Of a stretch of 64,000 nt of DNA, positions 30,163-37,882 are shown one piece after another. Below the pieces are notes generated by a model. The model did no database searches, had not been told where the DNA came from, and saw nothing but the letters and a program-made list of their open reading frames with translations. Where the stretch lies: assembly GCA_965237415.1 (NCBI GenBank), contig CBDEFM010000001.1, forward strand, positions 60,158-124,157. The letters are read 5' to 3'. Each line of letters begins with the position of its first letter. The stretch's first letter is position 1. The translations under genes and the position numbers were made by a program. The stretch comes from Alphaproteobacteria bacterium. Lineage in GTDB: Bacteria > Pseudomonadota > Alphaproteobacteria > UBA828.

Positions 30163-31095
30163 ATGTCGGAATCGAAGGGAATCGCTTACTGCCAGGGACG
30201 CTACATGCCGATCGAGGAGGCGTCGATACCGATCCTCGACCCGGCCTTCCACAAGAGCGATGTGGTGTTCGACGCTGTCACGGTCTGCGATGGCGTCTTC
30301 TTCCGCCTCGACGACCATATGCAGCGCTTCTACGATTCGTGCGTGCATGTGCGGCTCACACCGCCGCTGCCTGACGCAGAAATCAGGCAGATCATGGCGC
30401 AGTGCGCCCACCGTGCAGGCTTCACGAATTCGATCGTCTATGTGCTTTGCACGCGCGGGCGCTACGCCGGCGGTGCCGCATTCGGCGATCCGCGTAACTC
30501 CGAAAACGAGCTGATCGCCTACGCGGTGCCCTATTACACCATCGTGCCTGAGCCGAAGGTGAAGTCGGGCGCGCATCTCTGGATCGCAAACACCCGCCGC
30601 GCACCGGACGCCGCCATCAACCAGCGGTGCAAGAACTTCAACCGGATGGACCTGACCGCCGCCCACTTCGAGGCGCTCGACAACGGCGCGGACCAGCCCG
30701 TTCTTCTCTCCACCGACGGCTACCTCACGGAAGGCCCCGGCTTCAACGTCTGGATCATCCGCGACGGCAAGGCGCTGACCCCCGGCGACAACCTGCTGGA
30801 GGGCATCACCCGCAAGACCGTGTTCGATCTCTGCCAGGACATTGGCATGGAGGCCGAGGCGGCCGATCTGAGGGCGGAAGACCTCGAAGAAGCCGGCGAG
30901 GCGTTCATCTCGTCCTCCGGCGGGGGCGTCATGCCGGTGGTCCGGGTCAACGACAAGTCCATCGGCAACGGCGCGCCCGGCATCACCACCGGCCGGCTTT
31001 CCGACCTCTACTGGTCGAAGCGCGCAGACGGCTGGCACGCGACGCCGGTCGCCGACCTGTTGGAAGACGAAGAAGAGCAGGCGGCTAGCGCTTAA
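30163..31095 (+). CDS. PLP fold-type IV aminotransferase, R-selective amine-transaminase-like
   Basis: 310 aa. FFRLDDHMQRF, CTRG and LTEGPGFNVWII...LLEGITRKTV are class IV motifs. HKSDVVFDAV and the lack of a DAAT-type RxH after TRG resemble fungal R-amine transaminases as I recall them. Confidence 0.8.
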   Translation: MSESKGIAYCQGRYMPIEEASIPILDPAFHKSDVVFDAVTVCDGVFFRLDDHMQRFYDSCVHVRLTPPLPDAEIRQIMAQCAHRAGFTNSIVYVLCTRGRYAGGAAFGDPRNSENELIAYAVPYYTIVPEPKVKSGAHLWIANTRRAPDAAINQRCKNFNRMDLTAAHFEALDNGADQPVLLSTDGYLTEGPGFNVWIIRDGKALTPGDNLLEGITRKTVFDLCQDIGMEAEAADLRAEDLEEAGEAFISSSGGGVMPVVRVNDKSIGNGAPGITTGRLSDLYWSKRADGWHATPVADLLEDEEEQAASA

Positions 31096-31115
31096 GAGTT
31101 GTTTCGCTCACGGTA

Positions 31116-31224
31116 GCCGGCCTTCGGCCGGCGCCTCCGCGAGGGCGCCGCAGGAGCGGCGGGCCGCGGTCGCGGCCTACCGCGAGTCCGTCCCAGACGG
31201 ACTCGCTCTGGAGGGTGCACCCTC
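31116..31224. terminator. cluster of GC-rich hairpins in the convergent intergenic region (bidirectional terminator candidates)
   Basis: GCCGGCC-ttc-GGCCGGC (31116-31132); GAGTCCGTC-cca-GACGGACTC (31184-31204); 14-bp perfect palindrome GAGGGTGCACCCTC (31211-31224). No U-tracts. Confidence 0.4.
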
Positions 31225-31981
31225 ACGCCGGGGCGCCGAGACGCTTCAGCGAGGCGGGCGCGACGGAGAAGATCTCGCCCCAGCCGGCGATGCGGCTCGG
31301 ATCGACGCCGGCGAGCGCGAGCGTGCCCCAGAGCGCCGCCGCCACGCTGTCGTAGACCGGGCGGCCGGCTTCCGCCTCCATCTGCGCGGCGTGGGGCGCG
31401 CCCTTCAGGTTCGTGCAGACGGCGGCGATCGCCTCCGGCTCGGCACCCACCACGGCGCGGATCATGTCTTCGGTCTCCGCCGCGGGGATCGTGGCGTACC
31501 CGAAGGTGTCGTCGCTGTCCAGATGGCGCTCGGCCACGCATTCGAAGCCCTCGCGTCGATAGGTCTCGATGATCGCCTCCTGCAACGCGTCCTCGAACGG
31601 CGTGACCAGGGCGAAGCGTTTGATTCCCCGGCTGCGGAAGAGCTCGGTCAGCGCCAGCGTCGCACTCGTCGCCGGAATGCCGGTCTCGCGCGCGATCGCT
31701 TCGCAGAGCCGGCGGTCGAAGTCAGGGCCGAGCCAGCTGCCGGCGGTGCCGTTCCAGCAGATGGCATGGACTCGGGCGTCCGCCAGCAAGCGCGCGGCGG
31801 CGAGCATGGGCTCATCGGCGAACTGAGACGTTGCGTCATCGCCGAGCGAAATATGGGTCACCCGCACCCGGCTGAAATGCGCGGTCACATCGGGCAGGTC
31901 GCTAAGCAGGGCATAGGTCACGGGCTCCAGCACCGTGTTGAGCGACGGCGTGATCATGCCGATACGCGTCTGGCTCTGCAT
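31223..31981 (-). CDS. Asp/Glu/hydantoin-racemase superfamily protein (maleate isomerase / arylmalonate decarboxylase-like)
   Basis: 252 aa. N-terminal IGMITPSLNTVLEP and two candidate catalytic Cys contexts (HAICWNGT, AAVCTNLK), as in maleate cis-trans isomerase-type enzymes. Confidence 0.75.
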   Translation of the reverse strand: MQSQTRIGMITPSLNTVLEPVTYALLSDLPDVTAHFSRVRVTHISLGDDATSQFADEPMLAAARLLADARVHAICWNGTAGSWLGPDFDRRLCEAIARETGIPATSATLALTELFRSRGIKRFALVTPFEDALQEAIIETYRREGFECVAERHLDSDDTFGYATIPAAETEDMIRAVVGAEPEAIAAVCTNLKGAPHAAQMEAEAGRPVYDSVAAALWGTLALAGVDPSRIAGWGEIFSVAPASLKRLGAPA

Positions 31982-32012
31982 GGGTTGCTCCAGTCCGACG
32001 TTGCGTCTTCGG

Positions 32013-33578
32013 TCAGGGCGCGCTCACGCACGCATTGGGAGACATCACGTGAGCAACGCCTGTCGCGGTGCCGCTCTGCGGATCCCAAACGGCCGCGTTC
32101 GGGCAGGCATACGCCGACGGATGAACCCCGTGCGGCCGCACCGCGATCGCAAACCGCGCCTCCAACAGGGCAAGCGTCTCCGCCGGCAGCCTGGCATCGG
32201 CCTCGACGAGATCGGGGCCATCGACATTGATGCGCGGGCAGTGCGCGGCGTCGTCCGGGCTCATTCCGAAATCCGCGAGGAAGGAGAGCAGCTGCGCGAC
32301 GGCGGGGAGGATACGGCGCCCGCCGGAGGCGCCGAGCGCCGCGCGCCGCCCGTCCGCAAGCTCGACGAGGGTGGGGCACATGTTGGAGAGCGGCCGCTTG
32401 CCGGGCGCGATCGAGTTGGGTCCGCCAGGCCGAGGGTCGAACCACATGATCCCGTTGTTCATCAGGACCCCGGTCTGCGGCAGCATCACCTTGGCGCCGA
32501 AGGGAGAAAGCAGGGTCTGGGTCAGCGCGACCACGGTGCCGTCCCGGTCCGCGACGCCGAGATGGCTCGTGCAGGACGCAGGGTCCCCGCCGGTGCCCTC
32601 GCCCATGGCCCGGAGACGCTCGGCGTAGGCGGCGCGCAATGCCTCGGCGTAAGCCGCGTAGGCCTCGCCGCCGGGGGGCGCCGCGCCGGGGACGAGCGAG
32701 GCGGCGAGGCGGTTCAAGACATCGATCAGCGTCGGCCCTGCGGTCAGTCCCGGCGCGGTGCTGACCAGAGCATCGCCGTAGCGGGTCGCCGGGGCCTCCT
32801 CGACTTGGGCTTCGTAGTCCGCCAGATCGGTGTCCGTTAACCGGCCGCCGAGCGCCGCCATGTCGGCGCAAATGGCCCGCGCAATCTCGCCAGTATAGAA
32901 GTCGGCGGGCCCGGCCTCGGCGAGCCTCCGAAGCGTCTCCGCCAGCGATCCCAAGCGGATGCGGGGCGCGTCGCCGGTCCAGGGCGTGGCCTTTGGATAG
33001 CCATCCGCGAGATAGGTGGCGGCGCAGCCGGGGTTCTGCGTGAGCTCCGGCGCGGATGCCGCAATCGCGACGGTGGCATGCCAGTCCACCTCCATGCCCC
33101 GCTCGGCCAAAGCGCACGCGGGCGCCACGAGGTCGGCCCAGCCCCAACTGCCGAAGCGCTCGTGCGCCAACGCGAGGCCCGCGACCTGCCCCGGCACCGC
33201 GACCGCAAACGGACCGCGCGTGTTGCGGTCGCCCTTGACAGCCGGCCAGCCGAACAAGTCCGCGCCGGCCTCGCCGGTGAGCGGGTAGTCCGCCGGGTCC
33301 AATGCGCCGGGCGCCACCATCCCGAAGGAGACGGCATACGTCTGGGCCTCGACTGCGGGGCGAACGAGCATGTACCCGCCACCGCCGAGCCCGCTCATCC
33401 AGGGCTCGACCGTAGCCAGCGCAAGGCTCGCGGCGATGGCGGCGTCGACGGCATTGCCGCCGTCCGCCAGCACCCGCGCGCCGGCCTCGGACGCGGCCTG
33501 GTGCTGGGTCGCGACCACCCCTCCGCGGCTCGTCACCGCGGGCTTGCGGACGACCCAGCGTTCCGGATTCTCCGTCAC
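32013..33578 (-). CDS. gamma-glutamyltransferase-family Ntn hydrolase, no signal peptide
   Basis: 521 aa. GGNAVDAAIA, SGLGGGGYMLV, autoprocessing-site context CTSHLGVADRDGTVVALTQTL, and PGKRPLSNMCPTLV. The N-terminus (MTENPERWVVRKP) lacks a signal sequence. Confidence 0.85.
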   Translation of the reverse strand: MTENPERWVVRKPAVTSRGGVVATQHQAASEAGARVLADGGNAVDAAIAASLALATVEPWMSGLGGGGYMLVRPAVEAQTYAVSFGMVAPGALDPADYPLTGEAGADLFGWPAVKGDRNTRGPFAVAVPGQVAGLALAHERFGSWGWADLVAPACALAERGMEVDWHATVAIAASAPELTQNPGCAATYLADGYPKATPWTGDAPRIRLGSLAETLRRLAEAGPADFYTGEIARAICADMAALGGRLTDTDLADYEAQVEEAPATRYGDALVSTAPGLTAGPTLIDVLNRLAASLVPGAAPPGGEAYAAYAEALRAAYAERLRAMGEGTGGDPASCTSHLGVADRDGTVVALTQTLLSPFGAKVMLPQTGVLMNNGIMWFDPRPGGPNSIAPGKRPLSNMCPTLVELADGRRAALGASGGRRILPAVAQLLSFLADFGMSPDDAAHCPRINVDGPDLVEADARLPAETLALLEARFAIAVRPHGVHPSAYACPNAAVWDPQSGTATGVAHVMSPNACVSAP

Positions 33579-33624
33579 CGCCGAAACTCAGGCCTGCCGC
33601 AGGGAGGGCCGGGCAGCACGAGTG

Positions 33625-35190
33625 CTACACGCTCTGCCAATCCGCGCTCTTCTCCAGCGCGTCGGCGACCTTGAGCACCGTGAGATCGTCGAAGTGGCGG
33701 CCCACGATCTGGCAGCCGATCGGCAGGTCGTCGCTCACCCCGCAGGGCACGCTGATCGCCGGATGGCCGGTCAGATTGAACTGCGGCGTGTTGTTGATCA
33801 TGCTGAGCGCCCGCGACATGTACTCCCCGAAATCGGCATCCAGGCTCGGGATCGGCGCCGGCAGATGCGGAATGGTCGGCAGCACCAGCACGTCCACCTC
33901 GGCGAGCGCCTTGTCGTAGGCTTCGGTCAGCCGCCTGCGCTGGTTCTGCGCCTTCGCATAATAGGTGCCGTGGTAGTAGCGCTTGAGATACCCGCCGAGC
34001 AGGAGGACGTTCTTCACGGTCAACGGATAGTCGTTCTGGCGGGTGAGTGCGGCGCGGGACGCATGCTCCAGAAACTGGGTGTTGTAGTAGCCGAACCAGC
34101 CGGTGCCGACGCCGCCCGACTTGAGCATGAACTCGGTCGCGCCCTCGGCCGCGATGGCGAACCAGACCCTGAGCCCATGGTAATGCTGGGGCACCGAGAC
34201 CTCGGTGACCGTGGCCCCACGCTCCTCCAGCCGCCGCACCGCGGCGCGCACCGCCTCGTCCACCGCCGGCTCGCTCCCCGGCAGGCCGAACTCGGGCCAG
34301 CTCTCGGTCGTCTGGCCGAAGCCTTCGCTGAGCACGCCGATGCGGATCCCTTCGCAGCCCGCGCCGATGGCCGGCATGTAGTCCTGCACATAATCCGCAG
34401 GGATCACGCCCCGCTGGCGCGGATCGAGGGGGTCGGGGCCAGCCAGCACCGAGAGCATGCGGGCCGTGTTCTCAACCGTGTTCGTCATAGGCCCGATGTG
34501 GTCGAGGGTCATGTCGATCGCGAGGCACCCGGTATAGGGAATGAGGCCGAAGGTCGCCTTGTGCCCGACCACGCCGCACCAGGAGGCGGGGATGCGGATC
34601 GAGCCGCCCTGATCGCCGCCGATGGCCATGGCCACGTCGCCGGCGGCGACCGCGGCGGCGCTCCCCTTCGACGAGCCGCCGGGCGCATGGGTGGGCTTGC
34701 GCGGATTGCGCACCGGGCCGTAGCCGCTGGTGTGGCCGCCGCCGGAGAAGGAGAAGTCCGCGCAGGCCGTCTTGCCGACGATGGTGGCGCCCGCGTCGAG
34801 CAGGCGGGTCACGATGGTGGCGTCGATGATGGGCACGTAGCCTTCGAGGGCGCGCGCGCCGTTCATCATCGGCAGGCCGGCCACGGAGACCACGTCCTTG
34901 ATGCCGATCTCCTCGCCCGCGAGGGAACCCGAATCGGCGCCCTTGATCTCGGCTCGCCAGTACCAGGCGTTGTAGGGGTTCTCGTCGGGGTGCGGCCGGT
35001 AACCCGAGGTCCGCGGATAGGCGACGGCCGGGCGTTCCTCCGGCATGTCGTCGATGTGGCGCAGGCTCGCGATCGCGCCCCGCATGGCGTCCCGTTGGTT
35101 GGTGAGGTCGTCGAGCGTCATGTCGAGCCCAAAATCCTGGGCGATTGCTGCGAGCTGATTGACGGAGGGAAGTTCCGGACCGCGCGACAT
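33625..35190 (-). CDS. amidase-signature (AS) family amidase
   Basis: 521 aa. AS motif GGSSKGSAAAVAAGDVAMAIGGDQGGSIRIPASWCG. SD-like GAGG upstream of ATG 35190. Confidence 0.88.
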   Translation of the reverse strand: MSRGPELPSVNQLAAIAQDFGLDMTLDDLTNQRDAMRGAIASLRHIDDMPEERPAVAYPRTSGYRPHPDENPYNAWYWRAEIKGADSGSLAGEEIGIKDVVSVAGLPMMNGARALEGYVPIIDATIVTRLLDAGATIVGKTACADFSFSGGGHTSGYGPVRNPRKPTHAPGGSSKGSAAAVAAGDVAMAIGGDQGGSIRIPASWCGVVGHKATFGLIPYTGCLAIDMTLDHIGPMTNTVENTARMLSVLAGPDPLDPRQRGVIPADYVQDYMPAIGAGCEGIRIGVLSEGFGQTTESWPEFGLPGSEPAVDEAVRAAVRRLEERGATVTEVSVPQHYHGLRVWFAIAAEGATEFMLKSGGVGTGWFGYYNTQFLEHASRAALTRQNDYPLTVKNVLLLGGYLKRYYHGTYYAKAQNQRRRLTEAYDKALAEVDVLVLPTIPHLPAPIPSLDADFGEYMSRALSMINNTPQFNLTGHPAISVPCGVSDDLPIGCQIVGRHFDDLTVLKVADALEKSADWQSV

Positions 35191-35330
35191 GGGGACCTCG
35201 TTCGTTTGGTGGGGGGCGGCCTCCGATCCTAGCCCGGATTTCTCACCACGGTCACGGCCCGCGTCGCGTCCCGCGCGTCTTCCGTCACCGAGCGCGGATG
35301 CACGATGCGAGCAGTACGTTAATTCTCATG

Positions 35331-35389
35331 CGGGATTCGGCGGGATTAAGTGGGATTAAGTGGGATGAATGGGACAAATGGGATTCCGC
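35331..35389. repeat. six tandem ~10-bp units with a GGGAT core
   Basis: cGGGATTcgg cGGGATTaag tGGGATTaag tGGGATGaat GGGACAaat GGGATTccg, read directly. Lies 140-200 bp upstream of the amidase start. Confidence 0.75.
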
Positions 35390-35459
35390 GGGGCAGGCAG
35401 CGGCCGTCCTCGATAACGGTGGCGGCGACGGCGTCGCGCGGGCCTGAAAGGGACCGCAC

Positions 35460-35561
35460 GCGGAACAATGTTCCGCACGCCCGCAGGGTCGTGCGTGCGG
35501 AAATATTGAGTCTCGCACGCTCGCAGGGTCGTGCGCGCGAAGTAGGGGCGCGCACGTGCGC
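35460..35561. promoter_or_regulatory. palindrome/hairpin array in a non-coding region
   Basis: GCGGAAC-aat-GTTCCGC (35460-35476). 10-bp stem TTCCGCACGC/GCGTGCGGAA (35471-35480 / 35493-35502). A 27-nt direct repeat CGCACGCnCGCAGGGTCGTGCGnGCG at 35474 and 35514 (24 of 27 match, offset 40 bp). 12-bp palindrome GCGCACGTGCGC (35550-35561). Confidence 0.6.
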
Positions 35562-35783
35562 TGCATGTTCTTGCACTGCATGGCTAAATGTTGGCGCGGA
35601 CGGCACGCGCCGTGCACCGCACTATGATCCGGGGAGTTGGGAGGGAAGAGACCCTTCCCGTCCGCCCCCGCCCGACAGCGCTGGGCACGCCTGGCACCGA
35701 TCCCGATGGCCGCGACCCTGGGCCGCGGCTACCATCGCAGGCGCACCATGCGGATGGACCGTGCGAACCGGGGCTGAAAGACC

Positions 35784-36350
35784 GTGACACCCGCGCCAAG
35801 GGCCGAGCGCCTGCGCGATCACTTCATCGGCTGGCAGTGCCGGATACGTGCCGACGCCATGCGCCGCCGGGCCGGGCGGCCGTCGCGGGGGATGTGCCCA
35901 GAGGTGCTGAGCGCGGCAGGCGACACGCTGGCACCGGCGGTGACGACGCTCCTCGTGCGGCGCGAGGCCGACTCCTTCGCGGCCGAGTTTCGCCATCTGA
36001 TACGGCGCACCCACGATCCGCGGGATCGGCGCGAGGCGGCGCTCGCGCTGCTGGCCGAGCGCTACTACCAGTATGCGCGCGGCTTCAGCGACCTGCTGAC
36101 GGCGACCTTCGCGGCCGACTCAGCCCTTGCCGCCGATCTAGTGCGGGAGGGCCGCTGCGTCCTGGCCTTCGATCAGGACAGTCAGCGCTACGCGCTACCG
36201 TGCTCGGTGGCCTTGCTCGAGACCGCCGATCCGCGCCGCGAGGAGACCTGGTGGCACAACGCGCTGTTCAATCCGCAGCTCCCGCCGGAACGTGCCCGTC
36301 CTGGCCTTCGCCCCCCGCTGGCTGGAGGCTGTCGCCGACCCCGCGCCTGA
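35784..36350 (+). CDS. hypothetical protein (conserved-looking, LRDHFIGWQCRIR N-terminal motif); 3' end uncertain
   Basis: GTG start; 188 aa. High GC3 through about codon 165, then GC3 is better in another frame (see findings). No family recognised. Confidence 0.5.
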   Translation: MTPAPRAERLRDHFIGWQCRIRADAMRRRAGRPSRGMCPEVLSAAGDTLAPAVTTLLVRREADSFAAEFRHLIRRTHDPRDRREAALALLAERYYQYARGFSDLLTATFAADSALAADLVREGRCVLAFDQDSQRYALPCSVALLETADPRREETWWHNALFNPQLPPERARPGLRPPLAGGCRRPRA

Positions 36351-36403
36351 CCGGGGGCGGTCATAGCCGGAGTGGATTGCGGGCCGCGATCGAGCTATAA
36401 GGA

Positions 36404-36418
36404 CTTTTGACTCAAAAG
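36404..36418. promoter_or_regulatory. 15-bp perfect palindrome CTTTTGA-C-TCAAAAG upstream of the antitoxin gene (candidate autoregulatory operator)
   Basis: Read directly. Lies 30 bp upstream of ATG 36448, contains TTGACT, and is preceded by TATAAG (36396-36401). Confidence 0.4.
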
Positions 36419-36447
36419 TTGGTCACTTGCATCCGGGAGGAAGCCCG

Positions 36448-37140
36448 ATGGCCAGACTTCGAATGCGGGCGAACGATCCCCGAGAGCTTCCCGCCTACAC
36501 AATCTCGGAGGCTGCCCACTATCTCGCCGTACCCGCAGCGACCATTCGCTACTGGTCGGTGGGCCGTGACGACTACGCGCCTCTGATCGAGGTGCCCGCG
36601 CACGTGCCGACGCTGCTCTCCTTCCTCAATCTGACGGAGCTTCACGTTCTCGCCGCCATTCGGCGCAAGCACGAAGTGAAGATGCCGAGCATTCGAAGGG
36701 CGATCCAGTACCTGGCGGCGCATGCTCGGCATGCGATGGACAAGCGCCATCCGCTGATCAGCCGCGAGCTGGAAACGGACGGGCTGGACCTGTTCACCGA
36801 GCAATACGGGCAATTGATCAATATCAGCCAGGCGGGCCAGACGGCCATGCGGGAGATCATCAGCGCGGCGCTCCGCCGGATCGATCGCGACTCCGCCGGC
36901 GTCCCGATCAAGCTCTATCCATTTACCCGGACCGCCATGGACGAAACGCCCACGATGGTCGTCATCGACCCGAGGCTTTCCGCCGGACGCCCTGTCATCG
37001 CCGGCACCGGACTCGCCACCCAGCTCATCGCCGAACGCTACAAGGCGGGTGAATCCATCAGCGACCTGGCGCACGACTATGAGCGCGGGAATGAGGAAAT
37101 CGAAGAAGCGATCCGGTGCGAGCTCCAAGCCGCAGCCTGA
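36448..37140 (+). CDS. MerR-like HTH + DUF433 antitoxin-type protein (VapB45-like)
   Basis: ATG 36448 with GGGAGG 8 nt upstream (the ORF track starts at TTG 36427). N-terminal YTISEAAHYLAVPAATIRYW HTH. C-terminal IDPRLSAGRPVIAGTGLATQLIAERYKAGESISDLAHDY matches the DUF433 pattern. Confidence 0.75.
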   Translation: MARLRMRANDPRELPAYTISEAAHYLAVPAATIRYWSVGRDDYAPLIEVPAHVPTLLSFLNLTELHVLAAIRRKHEVKMPSIRRAIQYLAAHARHAMDKRHPLISRELETDGLDLFTEQYGQLINISQAGQTAMREIISAALRRIDRDSAGVPIKLYPFTRTAMDETPTMVVIDPRLSAGRPVIAGTGLATQLIAERYKAGESISDLAHDYERGNEEIEEAIRCELQAAA

Positions 37141-37525
37141 ACCGACGCTCTTCCTCGATCGCAACCTCGGAAGGCACATAATCGCGGACCGGCTTCGCGC
37201 CGACGGGGTGACGGTCGAGGTGCATGACGACCATCTCCCGCTTGACGCGCCGGACGAGGATTGGATCGCGCTCGTCGGACGCATGAGCTGGGTGGCGATC
37301 ACGAAGGACAGGAACGTCCGTTATCGGGCCGCCGAGATCGAGGCAATCCGAAGGCATTCGGCGCGGGTCATCGTAATTCGGATGAAGAACGCGACCGGGC
37401 TGGACATCGCCGAGCTGCTGGTGAAGGGAAGGCGCCGGATCGCTCGCTTCGCGGCGAAGACACCCCCTCCGTTCGTCGCCGGCATCCATGGGAGCGGCAC
37501 GGTCAAGGCTTACGAGATCGTCTGA
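37091..37525 (+). CDS. DUF5615/PIN-like (Mut7-C-like) putative toxin
   Basis: ATG 37091 within ORF 37049..37525; overlaps the antitoxin 3' end by 50 nt. LFLDRNLG...DEDWIALVGRMSWVAITKDRN is the layout of small PIN-like partners of DUF433 proteins. Confidence 0.65.
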   Translation: MRKSKKRSGASSKPQPEPTLFLDRNLGRHIIADRLRADGVTVEVHDDHLPLDAPDEDWIALVGRMSWVAITKDRNVRYRAAEIEAIRRHSARVIVIRMKNATGLDIAELLVKGRRRIARFAAKTPPPFVAGIHGSGTVKAYEIV

Positions 37526-37540
37526 CGCTCGCCTCCGTCA

Positions 37541-37585
37541 CCCCCTACGTCCCCTCTCCGCCCCTGGGGGCGGAGAGGGCCGGCG
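37541..37585. repeat. partial copy of the nested-palindrome REP/MITE-like element (second-hairpin half)
   Basis: Contains CTCTCCGCCCCTGGGGGCGGAGAG (37554-37577), identical to the cores at 37743-37766 and 55233-55256. Confidence 0.8.
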
Positions 37586-37675
37586 GTAGAAACTGAAACT
37601 CGATCCACGCTGGCCGGATCGTATGCCGATGTCACGAACCCCCTCGTCGACACGCGCGGCTCAGCCCGCAGAAAT

Positions 37676-37785
37676 CCCACCTCCCCCTGTCCCCCTCCCC
37701 CGGAGGCGGAGGGGGAACGCAGGTGGCGCCGCCCGTTACTCCCTCTCCGCCCCTGGGGGCGGAGAGGGCCGGGGTGAGGTGGGGG
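37676..37785 (+). repeat. full 110-bp nested-palindrome REP/MITE-like element, copy A
   Basis: Outer arms CCCACCTC...GAGGTGGG. Inner hairpins CCCCCTCC/GGAGGGGG and CTCTCCGCCCC/GGGGCGGAGAG. The last 65 nt are identical to copy B by my alignment. Confidence 0.85.
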
Positions 37786-37882
37786 ATTTTATGTTGTAAA
37801 ATAAGGGGCTACGCGAAATTGGGTTCGTTTTGTAATTTTTCCGTTTGCGCCGCCGACCCGCTGCTCCGGCGAGCCATCCGAG

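Noticed and set aside
35331-35389. Could the short tandem repeats at 35331-35389 and 19615-19647 be CRISPR arrays?
   Set aside because: The units are 10-11 bp and directly abutting, with no spacers. There are no cas genes in the window.
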